A stretch of 64,000 nt of DNA, from the NCBI RefSeq assembly GCF_000981445.1, contig NC_027217.1, positions 806,001-870,000 of the forward strand, read 5' to 3'. Position numbers and translations under genes: made by a program. The stretch is from Babesia bigemina (Eukaryota). Below are positions 11,242 to 23,200 of this stretch, piece after piece (within the stretch, counting starts at the first letter, position 1; each line of letters opens with the position of its first letter). The notes beneath the pieces were generated by a model, which was given only the letters and a program-made list of their open reading frames with translations, was not told the DNA's origin and ran no database searches.

Positions 11242-14181
11242 TTACACGAGTATCACGTGCGAGTTGTTGACGGGCAGCTTTCGGCGGCCGCAAAAAAAGC
11301 GGTAAAGCACAATTTTGATTGCCAGCAGGGTCATTAGGCAGCCCCGCTTTTTGATGGGTTTGGAGTGCAGCCTCGATATGTAGACCAGCTTGCGCATGTC
11401 CATGGCCATTATATGCTGGTGCATTTCCTGCAGAGCGGCATGGAACTGCCTCATCACCAGCTGGCGGTGCTCCAGCTCCTTGGTGGGCTGGAAGGAGTCC
11501 TCCACGTAGCTCACATCGGAGTAGGTCTCGCACTCGGACAAACGACAGAAGACGTCCGATGGCCGCCCGCCACCCGTGCTGTCACGCATTGACGCATTAC
11601 GCAGCACCTGGTCCTTCCACGTCGATGCCGCCGGCGGCGGATCCACGTACTCGGTGCCTTTCTGGCTTTCATCGGGTCGACCTGGCGGCAGCGCTATCCC
11701 CAGCTGGCGCACCAGAATGTCCAACGCGACCCTGATGACGGTGGGGTTGTAGTCCGCAGGCAGGAAGGTCATCAGATCCGCCGCCGACAGGTGCTTCTGG
11801 ACGACCTCCTCCATCAGCATCACCTGCACCAGCCCCTTTTGGCTGTAGCAGTGCAGCAGCTGCAGGAAGAAGTTCATCAGCAGCTCGTTGGAGAGGCGCT
11901 CCTGCTGGACCTGCAGGGCGCGAGCGTCACTCAGCGCTTCGCTCATGACGTCGAGGCTGCATTCCGCGTGGTCCATGCCCAGGTCAGAGACGGACAGCGA
12001 GCTCAGGTCGGCCGTTATGGCGTTGTACACGGCCGACAGGAGGCTGTTCTTGAAGGGCTTGCACGGCGAGACCGTCGGCTCGCGGACCATGCACGATTCG
12101 TTGGTGCCGAGTTCCACGCCGTCGGCAGCCGTGTAGAAGTTGTTGATGGTGGAGCTGCAATCCGACCCCACGTTCCCTGCCGCATGTAGCGCGCCGAATA
12201 AGTAGTTGTCGTCGGTGTAAAAGCGGTCAACGTCGATCATTTCATTGGGCACTGCCTTCGGCGTGGCGTCCTCTATCACAACGGTGCAGTGCGCGTCCTC
12301 CACAATGTCAAAATGGCTCTCCGTGTCACGCAAGTAAACGGAGCATTGGCGGCCGTTGCTGCTGCCGTCGCCCCGGAACGGGGTAATCGGATTTCCCGAG
12401 TCGATCGCATCCTCTGGGCGCCAGTTGATTGAGTCCGACGGCCCCAAATCGCCATAATCCGCCCCGATGGATGGCATATCGGCTGTTGAGACTGAGGCAT
12501 GTAAGCACACTCCTCCACTGGAGCCATCCCTATTCTCCGGGGCGAAACCAGGAATCGCAAATCCATCCATGTCCATTTGGGCTTTGCATTCCCCAAGGGA
12601 TTGGGTCTTCTGGCGCATTGGGTTTTCGAACGAGACCGCTGCGGTGTTGGCATACGAGCCCGCAGCACGGGCGCCGATTTCACCGGCCTTGAACCCGTGC
12701 GAATGCTCCGCAAGGCCGCGGTGAACGTTCCAATGGGGAGACGCCCTGGCGTCCACATGCCGTAGCACCACGCGCTCTCTGAAACCGCTGGTGACCGACA
12801 TGTCGAAGTCGGAGAGCATGGCACCGTCATCCATGCTGTTGACGACGCTGCTGATATCCGACAGCATGTCCATCGAGAGGTCGGCGAGGCTGCGGGATGG
12901 CGGAGTCATGCTGAAAGGTGTGGCTGCGCTGTGATCCTGGGCGTGGCGTCGCACATCGGGCACTTGTTTCGATAAGCTCGGGGCAGTGCGCGTGCACGAA
13001 GTCCAAGACGAAGTCGACATCGCGTCCACGCTCAACTGCCTCGTCAGTTGCGATCGTATTATGTGGCCTTGGCGGGAGAGGTAGTCGTACAACCGCGCCG
13101 ACCCAGGCTCAGACGACAGGGACATATCGGAGCGACAGGTGCCTTCGTCGTCGCCAAAGTCGGAGGCGAACTCGGAACTAGAGGTGAACCCGGGAGCGGC
13201 AGGGTTGGCGCACTGAAGGTCCGGGAACTGCAGCACGTCAGAACGGCGGTCTGACCTAGCGCTGGACACCACAGATCCTGGGTTGTTCGGCAACCCTACG
13301 CTGTCAACCTTCACTGACGCAGCTACGGAGCTGTGGTCATCGTTGCTAGTGTCCTCGACGCTCGACCCTCCGCAGAACGGGGCCCTGATGAAGTTCCGCA
13401 TCAAATGCAGCTGGTAGTCGTTCGGATGCGCTTTGACAAACGAGGAGCTGGTAGAGTTCCAGAATAGCAAAACGAACTCATCAGCCCCATCGTTGAGACC
13501 CTGGAACCCAGAGTCGCCATTGCCGTTCGGGGTGGACTCCTTCCTGCCCTCCAACGCCGAAGTTGCGTAGTTGGCCGATGTCTCCACCACGGACTTCACG
13601 CACGATGAGCGTTGCGAGTTCAGAAACGACAGCTTGCGTTTGTTCACCTTCACCCAGCGCTGCTGCGAGACGTAGCACAACTCCAAACCGCCGACCTGCA
13701 GGCCGCGGCTGTCCAGCAGCCTTACGTTCTTCAGAACTATGCTCGGCGTAACGTCAAGCACACGCAGAGATAAAGATGCAGAGGCCAGGCACAGGTTAGT
13801 GCTGTCATCCACAACGTCGATGGCGAGAGTCCCGCTCTGAGCTATGGTGCTGTGGTCGCCGCTTTGATGACAGCGCAACAGCGCGAACGCGGTGTCCACA
13901 TTATTCGACACCACGCTGTCGATGTCCAAGGTGTCGGACATGCGCGTGGAGCCCGTCGGGAGCTCGCCGAAACCGTTTGACGACCATGGGTTGCGCTCAC
14001 AAACACGAGGCGACAACGTCCACAACAGGCGCGCGCACTTCACCCTTGCATGCGCCCTCACATTGGGGTCCAATGTGAGCTCCTTCACGTGGAACGCGAA
14101 TAAGAAGGAGTGCGTCGTGTACTCACCTCTGCTGCTGGCTGAGGAGCGCGTTGTGCACGACATTGCCTTCACAAACTGCAA
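11242..14181 (-). CDS. Large Ser/Asp-rich hypothetical protein
   Basis: 979-codon ORF with a possibly beta-rich N-terminus, a low-complexity middle and a hydrophobic/basic C-terminal tail. The exact start is uncertain. Confidence 0.75.
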   Translation of the reverse strand: MQFVKAMSCTTRSSASSRGEYTTHSFLFAFHVKELTLDPNVRAHARVKCARLLWTLSPRVCERNPWSSNGFGELPTGSTRMSDTLDIDSVVSNNVDTAFALLRCHQSGDHSTIAQSGTLAIDVVDDSTNLCLASASLSLRVLDVTPSIVLKNVRLLDSRGLQVGGLELCYVSQQRWVKVNKRKLSFLNSQRSSCVKSVVETSANYATSALEGRKESTPNGNGDSGFQGLNDGADEFVLLFWNSTSSSFVKAHPNDYQLHLMRNFIRAPFCGGSSVEDTSNDDHSSVAASVKVDSVGLPNNPGSVVSSARSDRRSDVLQFPDLQCANPAAPGFTSSSEFASDFGDDEGTCRSDMSLSSEPGSARLYDYLSRQGHIIRSQLTRQLSVDAMSTSSWTSCTRTAPSLSKQVPDVRRHAQDHSAATPFSMTPPSRSLADLSMDMLSDISSVVNSMDDGAMLSDFDMSVTSGFRERVVLRHVDARASPHWNVHRGLAEHSHGFKAGEIGARAAGSYANTAAVSFENPMRQKTQSLGECKAQMDMDGFAIPGFAPENRDGSSGGVCLHASVSTADMPSIGADYGDLGPSDSINWRPEDAIDSGNPITPFRGDGSSNGRQCSVYLRDTESHFDIVEDAHCTVVIEDATPKAVPNEMIDVDRFYTDDNYLFGALHAAGNVGSDCSSTINNFYTAADGVELGTNESCMVREPTVSPCKPFKNSLLSAVYNAITADLSSLSVSDLGMDHAECSLDVMSEALSDARALQVQQERLSNELLMNFFLQLLHCYSQKGLVQVMLMEEVVQKHLSAADLMTFLPADYNPTVIRVALDILVRQLGIALPPGRPDESQKGTEYVDPPPAASTWKDQVLRNASMRDSTGGGRPSDVFCRLSECETYSDVSYVEDSFQPTKELEHRQLVMRQFHAALQEMHQHIMAMDMRKLVYISRLHSKPIKKRGCLMTLLAIKIVLYRFFCGRRKLPVNNSHVILV

Positions 14182-15368
14182 GAGTTTCTTCAGGTTTAAT
14201 CAAAAAAGCCCTACCCGGGCTTCTGACAGGTGTTACACGCGGACGCAGTCGCACGTGTATGATAGAGTCTTCGTAGTTCTGGTTTCAACCTACCTTATGG
14301 AGACCAGGCTCTGCATGATCATCCACGACTTAGAGACGCGTTGAACTAATACTATTTTCAAAACAGCATGCCACGAGCTTCTTAGTATCGTCTGTTGCCG
14401 GTTTGTATCACAAAAACCAAAAAATTAATACCATGATTGAATAATGCAGGTGGGAGTCACAAACCATTACATTATCGATGTAAGTATCCCACCAAAGGCG
14501 CGTTGTGGCACTATAATACGATGCTTTTCCTCACAAATCGGTCAAATTTTGATACCCGAGACATTCCTCATCACAGACGAAAATGCCTCTTTTGTCTAGA
14601 CAGCGCCCTGAGTGCACAGCCACAGAGCAGCCGATTACGCGCAATTACACAATGGCATGCACAAAATATATCCACACATACTCTGCTCCCAAGCGTTTAT
14701 GGTCTGCAAATTAGACAAAGCAGACACCCTGCGAATGTCAATGCCGTGCCGCAAGTGCGATGGAGACGCAACCCGGACTGATATACACTGCATTGACCTG
14801 TATTAGTGCTGCAGTAGGCACGTCATACAGAGGTGTAACCAAATCGCCAGGTTATGTGATAATGTGTGAAGCTTTTGACGTAGCATCTCGCCAGCAGCGA
14901 GGCGCAGCCGCACAGACACGGTGGCAATGAGTGCCAACTGCTAAAACGTGAGAAAAACTGTTGAAAGAGGCTCAGAGCTGCAACCGCTTTCGGATTCACG
15001 CACATGTGTAATGTGGCAGACTGCTAACTGAACTCACATAGCCCGTAAGACAGACACCCATTGTCCATTACCAACTCAGCCAGCACATCGTCCATTAAAC
15101 ACCGTACGGATAAGACGGCGCACCTCGTAGTGACATGATTAACATGTGTTTAGAATTTTCTAGTATACACCTATCAAGCAGGCAGCCTGACTGGCCGCGG
15201 GCAACGACCGCCTTCTTCCACACCTTATTTCCTTGCTCGCTTTAACCCTGTCGTCTGTTCTGCACACCGCAAAATTTTGCCAGATGCCTTTGGTATCAGC
15301 TGTTTGCACTGTAGCCACGTGATACCTTTATCCCTCCGGGTGTGCGCGTGTCACAGCTGTGGTTAGCA

Positions 15369-17251
15369 ATGGCGGCAAACATAGGTTGGTAAAGCTCTGA
15401 TACCGGGATTCAACGTGATTTTAGGCGCGAGGCTCCACAAGGACGGCATAGTCGCCAACGGCATCGAGCTGGTCATCAGGTAGGCTGAAGCGCACAGAGT
15501 CAACATGTCTAGGCGTTGGGTTAAGGGCCGCGAGGAGATGGGTGCCATTTTCGCCGACAAAACGACGCAGTTTGCGCATGTGAAGGTGCTCACGGACTCG
15601 AGGAATACGGACCAGTGTCGCAACAGCCTGAAGCTGGGAAGCAACGTCGACATGGCCATCATCTGCACCGTCACCGCCGTGCATGCCCACTCGAGCAAGG
15701 GCGGCGTTGTGACCATATGGACGTGCTCGGACCTACAGGACACCGCGTTGAAAGTGGCTATATACGGAAGTATACCGGGCGAGCTAAACGCTGTCAGCCA
15801 GGGCAGCGTCATCGCGGTGCTGAACCCCGACCTGAACGACAGCAACAGGGACTACAACTACAGGAGCATCTCGATAAAGCACTGCGACAACGTGCTCCTC
15901 ATAGGAGAGGTCGACGGGCTGCGGTTTTGCAAGGGCGTCACTGCGAAGGGCGCCGGCTGCAAGAATCTCGTGTACACCCACCACCAGGGTGAGTTCTGCA
16001 AGTTCCACCTGAAGGCGGCATTTGCCAAGCCTAAACCCAACAAGAGCACCGAGTCCGCGAACCCGGCAGATATACTTAAAACCGTGCATGAACGGCTCGA
16101 AACCAAGCACCAAGAGGAGGCAATGGGGCACTTTGTGTTCAAGCCGTCCGAGCCTGCCCACCCAACGGCGGTCCTCTCTAAGCTCGCAGGCTTAAACAGC
16201 CTGGTGCACAAGGTGACGCAAAATCGCATGAAAACGTCAGCTCCCGCGCACGTCACTGTGCCGGTGGGTTCTCAACCCAATAAGGCCCGACCCAGGGATG
16301 AGTCAATAAACCGAACCAAGGAATTCGAGGCTGCCGTTCGCAGCCTAAAGTCGCTAATGAACTCGGTACGCACACACACCTCAGCTGATAACGTCGCGGC
16401 AGGGGCAGAAGGAAAGCAAGAAACTCCTCGGCGTGCTGCAGCTCATCGCAAAGTACATTCACTATGTCGACAGGGAGGTCGCCAAGAAGAGCCCGCTTTT
16501 GAAGATGTGCTCGGAGCTGCTGGAGCACCCCGTCGACGGCGTGGCTATAGAAAGCCTGAAGCTGCGCCGGGAGTTCAGAAGGATGCTGCATTCGCCCGTC
16601 AAGGACAACTCGACGCCCACGTATCTTGTAGGCGTGAGGCGACCCGAAGACAAGCAGGTCGCAACCGACCGCGCGGTAACTGTGTATGCGAAACCGACGC
16701 ATCCTGTCGCAGACTGACAAGGATCTCGACATCATCATGTCAGCCGCATCCGAGGTCGACGCTTACGTCGAGAAGGTAACAGCGTGGCTCGGCCGTCACA
16801 CACCTCGCGCAGGAAAATGTAGAGACCATGAAACGCAAGCTCGTAACGCTCGAGCGCATGGACAAGGCGGAAGAAATGAAGAAGACCGTTACGGAGATCG
16901 AAATTACGGCGTCCTACTGCCACGACTGCAACGCATGGACGGAGTACCCAAATCCCGTTTGCAAGCGCGAGGGTCACCACTGCGCATCCAAAAAGTGCAA
17001 AAAAGAATACCACCTGTGTTTGGAAGCTTCGTGTGGCTACCGCTACTTCTCCCTCAATGGACAGAAGCCCCCATCGTGCCCGGGGTGAGTGGAGCCTCTC
17101 GCCGCGCACATTTGAACGCAGCTGCAAAAAGTCAACGATCGTCTCGCAGAAGACATCAGTGTATAAACTGAGGCCGGATTATCTCCTTCCTAACGAACTG
17201 CTGCTCGACTGCGAGATCGGCGCCACGCGACCGCTGGACGCCGATGAGTGA
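15369..17251 (+). CDS. MCM10: MCM10 replication factor
   Basis: OB-fold (WTCSDL..GSVIAVLNP), CCCH finger CKGVTAKGAGCKN..EFCKFH, and C-terminal Zn motifs (CHDC..C..GH; C..C..CPG|C). Multi-exon. Confidence 0.85.
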
Positions 17252-18000
17252 CGCCATGGATGCCTTCCATGCCGTCATGTTTGCGTGTATTGCAAACAAG
17301 GAGTTCCAAGGAATCTCTGCCGAGGAGTCTGCTGACAAATTCGTCACTCTTCTCGAGCAGAATGGCATCAAATGTATCGCGTCAGACTTCGACGCCACCA
17401 TGATCTCCAACCACTCCGGTAGGCGCCGCTCCGGCAGCCACACTTTCATGTCCGCCGCAGGTGGCTACTGTGACCCTAACGTCGACGTGGACGTGCTCTC
17501 CTCAGTCACTGAGCACTTCAAAGCGATGGGAAGGCGCCTCAAGCGCAGTCACATTAAGCTAGTGATCGTCACCTTCTCCGACGACACGCACGTGAAGGAC
17601 CACCCCGTGTACATTAGCGGCGCGCGCATGGTGAACAAGGCGCTGGAGTATAGCGATTGCGATGCGCGCATCGAGAAGGTTTACGACTTTTACCCTAGGT
17701 AAGGCTCGCCGGCTGCGGTTGCACCTGCTCCAGGTACTGGGAAGACCCGTCGCGCTACAAGCTGCTCGGCCTCAACGCCCCCATGCCCAGGTGCAAGGAG
17801 TACCATCTCAACCGGGTATGTTGTGTTCGCGGTTCCGCTCACAGGCCCCGCAGATTTGCGAGGACTTCGGCTTCAAGATGAACGAGATCATCCTGATTGA
17901 CGACGACATCCAAAACTGCAAAAACGCGAAGGAAATCGGCGCGTCCGCACTTCACGTGACGCACGAAGGCTTCAATCTCGCAGAAGTAGAATTAGTTTGA
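17244..18000 (+). CDS. HAD-superfamily hydrolase/phosphatase
   Basis: Motif I CIASDFDAT, motif II LVIVTFS and motif IV ILIDDDIQN. Three short introns. Start is at 17244 or 17256. Confidence 0.75.
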
Positions 18001-19181
18001 ATGCTTCGTGTAATCGAGGTACGATAGCATCACGGGCATCAACTCTCCGTCGAGCACTGCGTGCACCTCCGCCGTCTCCCAGTCGGTGCGATGGTCCTTG
18101 AAACGCTGTTCCGGGTTCAGGATGTAGCTGCGCATGTGCTTCCCCCAGTCCGCATCCACCTCTTCGCCTCGCAGCTCCTCGCACTTCTCGCGGAGCTGGT
18201 CCTGCGGGCGCTTCAGGTTACTACGCTGATCACATACCTTATAATGTGCGTCCACCATCTCGCCCAGCCGCTTCATCGCTATCTCGCGGTTCTGCGCCTG
18301 CGACCGCTCCGTCTGCACCCGCACGGAGAGCCCCGTCTTCTTGTGGGTTACACGCACTGCTCGCTTTGTGAGACCGCCACACTCAACGTACCAGCCGTCT
18401 CGACCTTGTTCACATTCTGGCCGCCTTTACCACCGCTCCGCATCGTTTCGACGGTAACGTCGCGATCTGTGACCTGGCGTGAGCTGTGGTAGCGCTGCAC
18501 GTCCTGGTCGGACTCCGACAGCATGGGGACGACTTGCACGCTGCTGAACGTGGTCTGCCGCTTACGCATCGCGTTGTACGGTGAGTTGCGTACGAGGCGG
18601 TGGGTGCCCTTTTCCCCCTTGAAGAGCTTGTAGGCGTATTCTCCCTGCACCTCGAACTCTAGCATGCGATACCCAACCTTGTCCCCGGGGACCGCGTCGC
18701 ACTCGACGTACCTCAGCGACTTCGGCAGATCGCCGTAACGGTCGCGGTCCCAGCTATCGGGCGGAGAGTAGTGGTGTATGAACCGCTTGTACATGCGCCC
18801 GAGAATCTTACAGAAGTCGAAGGCTTCCGTTCCGCCGACGCCTGTGAGTCAGATGGCTGCACAGCTGATCAACCCACCTGCGGTGATGGTGACTCGGCAG
18901 TCATTTCTGTCGTATTGGCAGAGATCCAGGGTGCTCCCACTGTTTGCGGTGGACTTGGCAGCGGGTCGGGTGGCTCTCGTGGCCAGCGGAGCTCTGACGC
19001 GCCTTGTTGTCTAAAGCATGGGTACCAACCGGGATAAGAAGCTGAGGCCGGGATCCTGGAGCCAGCGCCCGCTCAGGGGCAGCGCCAGCCGCAGCTCGCG
19101 TCGGAACAGCGGCGCGATGATGGAGGTGCTCATAGACAGCGATTCGCGGAAAACAAGTGGCAGCAACGCCAACAACAACAT
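17992..19181 (-). CDS. prfB: Peptide chain release factor 2, probably apicoplast-targeted
   Basis: GGKGGQNVNK, GTHRLVRNSPY (RF2-type SPx tripeptide), TAG|VGGTEA and ERSQAQN. Signal peptide MLLLALLPLVF. Predicted introns include 18994-19029 and 18842-18877. Confidence 0.88.
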
Positions 19182-20255
19182 CGATTCTCAATCGAGGTCT
19201 CAGCACATACGGCTCAGACCGCCCGGGTCGGGATGGCTAAAGTCATGTTTATTAATAGGGCTGGTCGACAGCCTGTGTTTAAGTGACGAAGACGCCCAAT
19301 AGGTAGGTAACGGCCGTATACCACACCTCGGTGGAATCTCTGGCGACGCGGCTCTGCATCCGCCGCCGCAAAGGGCTAAACGGCCACATGCGGGTGTTAT
19401 TGATGCCGTGAAAACCGTTAGGTAAAAAAGTGAGTGTCAGCTGAGCCCAGCGCGTCTTCGTTGGCTGTCGTTGGTGTCGCGCTATAACCGTCGTGACATG
19501 CCCCTGCATCGCCTGCGGCGCGTAGCGCAAGACAAGACATCCCTATTTTGTAACAGCTGGCGGCACGGAAGCAACGGGTGCGCGACGCGACGGCTCTCAA
19601 TCCTATGAACGGGAGGTGAATAAAGGGAATCGACAGCTGCAGACAAAGGCGGCTCCGTAATACACCCCCGACAGGGTGACCGGCAACGGAAATGGCAATT
19701 ACATATTCCGCCGATAGTAGGCGTGATCAGTGTGTCCGAGGTGGCGACTGATTGGTCGCGCCGGGGCCCCGCGTCGAGACACTGCTCACGTCTACGGATG
19801 TGTTTCAATCAGCTGCGGTCACGCCACCATCGGGACAGGGGTATGTACATCGGCGTAAGTGTGATGCAACAGTCGAATTTTTTGCGGTGTGGGAGGACAA
19901 TCGGCAGGGTTGATACGATTATCGCTGCGCCCCACTCCAGCCTCGGCATAGACGGCGGCCGTCGGCCCACGAAAGCAATTACTTTCCACCGAAGGTAACG
20001 CTTAAGCAGATATATGCTTAGAGCTGGAATGATCTTTGCGTTGTGCAGTTGTCAGGTTACGGCAACGTGAGCTGCCGAGGGCCGCATAGCGGTGAGGCCG
20101 GCCTTCGCAGCGTGACCGATTCGTCATCGCGGTGCCGTGTAATCGCAGCGCCAGTTTTCAGAGGATTTTTTTGGTACTTGTGCCGAATTTCTGGCACTCA
20201 GGGGCGCGTTCCAGGCTGCGACGGCATGGTTAACTGACTTCCTCCCGCGCTCACG

Positions 20256-23200
20256 ATGACCTCCACGGACGAGCAAGAAAAGGCCAAGACGGCCGAAACC
20301 CGGACGTCTACTTTTAACCCGGACGCACCCGTGTTCAAACCCTCGCAACCCCGCCCGTCTGGCCAGCTCAACGCCAACGCACCTGAGTTCATCCCTGGGC
20401 AGCTAGGTACGTACGATGGAGGCATTGGCTACGTCTCGGTACCCGATGTCAAGCACGGCAAGGGGTACAACAAGGGTGGCTACCACAGGCCCATATCGTA
20501 TATGCACCCTGCAGATGGCCAGTACCCGCCGGCCTGGTCCCCTCCGCACCAGCAGTATATGCCGCTGTGGGTGCCTTGCCCGCAGGACATGTACGGCGGC
20601 GCCCCGATGTACGACTACGTGCCGTATAGGTACGGTGGCGGCCGCGGGTACGAGGGTCCGGACGGGCAACCCAGGCCCATGAGGGGCCCGAGACACGGCA
20701 CCCCTACCGTCCAAGGTCACAAGCGAGAGGCGAGCGTTTCACATGCCATGGGCATGCCGCCGCCACCTCACGGTCCTCCTAAACGCGTTGACCCCGTAGA
20801 TCGACGCAAGGAAAATAAGGACCAGGGGAAGGTATCGGAAGGAAAGGTTAAAGCTGAGCCCAAGGCAGTGACTAAGGAGCCCGCTGTACGAGTCCCCGAA
20901 GTGCTCGTTGCACCTATCGCAACCCCGCCTCCAGACGCGAAACCCAAACAGTTCACGTGGGCCGACCGTTTCCGCCAATCTAGTGTCAAGGAAGAGGCGC
21001 AGGACGTTCCCAAGGTGGAGGAAAGCAACCTCACCACGTCGATTTGGAAGGGGCGCCCAACCTTCGCCGACATGATGAAGAAGGCTGCGGAAGCTGCACG
21101 TAAAGAGGAAGAGGTGAAAATTGCAGTAGCGAAGGCGTCCGAAGCAGCGCAAAAGCTCGAGATGGAATCTGAGAGCCAAAAGTCGCCAGAGAAAAGTGCT
21201 CTGGGCGTCAGTCCCGATGTTGCCTCAGAGCCTGCACGTGCATCCGCTGCTTTAGCCACCGATGAAAGAACCGTGGATGTCGCCGAAGATACGCTGCACA
21301 AAACCGCAAAAGCTATAGTCGCTGAAAATGAAGTAGTGGAAGTTCACGATGAAACGCCCAACCACAGGCAGCCAAAGAGCGAACAAATACCTGGTAAAGA
21401 TCAAAGGATACCCGTTAATCACATTGACGTTTTACTTACCGCGGAACGCCAAAAGGGCGCCGTCGAAGTCAAGCCCGAACAACACATTTTAACGAAACAG
21501 ATACCACGCGCTGAGGAGTCGATACCATCAAAGGATCTGTCGGAACCGTTGCCGTCAACTCCATCACCAGCTGTGCAGCCGGACATGTCCTCGCACTCTT
21601 TCGAGTCTAATCGGTCTGAAGGCGTAACGCCATCCAACCGTGGCGTACCGTCAAGTCCGTCTGTGCACTCTCACGTGCTTGACGCGTCAAGGTTCGACAA
21701 GATGAACGGCGTTAAAGCAACGACGCCTGAACTGTCTAAAGATGAAGTCCAGAGTGCAGAATATGATGCCAGTTTGGATCATTACCAGACGCTTGAGTCC
21801 TCTCCCCCGCAGAGTTCGAACGAGCTGCCAGAGCTATCGGAATCGGAGACATCCGAACAGTGGCATGAGAGCAGGGAGACAATGCGCTCAAAGCAGTTGG
21901 ATGATGCTGCATCTAGCCCACTGGTTGACTCCGGTGACGAAGTTGAGGAGCCTATCGCTGATGCGTCCGATGTGTCGGCAGCGGTAGCCACGCCGTCTGA
22001 CAAGCTGGAGCCCGAGCCGTTTGCAAAGGTCAAGCAGTATTCCCCACCTCCCAGCGACCTCGTATTCCCGATAGACACTTTAGTTAGGTGTGGATTTGAA
22101 TTGATGAGGGTAGGACTCGAGTTCAACTCTGAACTGGTTTTCTCGCTCAACATTAATAGGGACACCAATGCCGGAACGGAAAATCGCCGGACAGGTGGTG
22201 CGCGCTATGAGGAGAAGAACTACGCCCAAAAATACAAAGGCGACAACTGGGTGATGCAGCGACGACATGCAAAGCCAGAGCAAAGAGGCTTTGGTGGATG
22301 GAACAAGTCTTCCATGGAATTTTCAAGAGATCAGCTAGAGTCGTTATCACGGCCACAGGCGTCCGAATCCTCGTGGATTCGTAAACAGGCCAAACTCAAG
22401 ATGGACAAGGATCATCAATTGACGCGCAGACTCATGGGTTTGCTCAACAGATTAACGGTCGAAAAGTTCGACACAATCTACAGACAGGTCTTGATGAGCG
22501 GTGTGGAAACAGTGCAACAGGCGTTTATGTTGGTGAAGATCATCTTCGAGAAGGCTATCACGCAACACCACTTCATCCCCATGTACGTGGAGCTGTGCGC
22601 GAAGTTGTCTTGCGACCTGGACAACTTCCTCGCTGTTGACCCACAGCAGGGCTCCCAAAGCCAGCAGGACACACAATCAACGGCTGCGGCGGGTGAACGC
22701 AAGGCAGCCAAGAGAAGCGAATTCATGAGGATCCTGTTGAATTGCTGTCAGGATTCGTTTGAGAATAACCTGAAACCGCTTGAGTTCCCACCCGAGCTTG
22801 AAGGTGATGATAAGTTCGAATTCGAGCTCAAGTACAAGCACAGGATGAGGGGAAATATGATTTTCGTCGGTGAGCTCTTCAAGCAGAAGCTGCTGGCGGC
22901 GAAGTTGCTCATTACCTGCCTGGACCAGGTGTTCGCCAAACGCAACGAATGCATCGCGTCCACCGGTAGCATCGACACGGGCGACAACCACCTCGAGGGC
23001 ATGTGCACGCTGCTGCAAACCGTCGGGAAATCGTTCGATACCGATAAGTGGAAGTACGCTTCCGAGCTGGAAAGGCGCATTCAGATGCTCACGGACCTGG
23101 GCAGGAATCCCCAAATATGCTTCCGTATAAGGTGTCTCATCCAAAATGTTTTGGACAGCAGGCACGAGAAGTGGGTGAAGTCGACGCCATACAAGCTGGA

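Noticed and set aside
14350..15360. 1-kb intergenic region as a possible tRNA or snRNA locus
   Set aside because: I recognised no cloverleaf, Sm site or box motifs. It is consistent with divergent promoters and UTRs.
19005..19020. In-frame CTT TAG in the RF2 5' region, resembling the bacterial prfB CTT-TGA programmed frameshift or a readthrough site
   Set aside because: A 36-nt GTTGGT...GTCAG intron (19029-18994), of typical size here, removes the stop and keeps the frame. A +1 shift would not join the downstream exon in frame, and the gene is translated by cytosolic ribosomes.
19250..19390. Short minus-strand ORF MWPFSPLRRRMQSRVARDSTE as an alternative mitochondrial-targeting exon for RF2
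   Set aside because: It would need an atypical ~316-nt intron that skips a nearer acceptor. The simpler signal-peptide model fits, and the alternative cannot be supported without RNA data.
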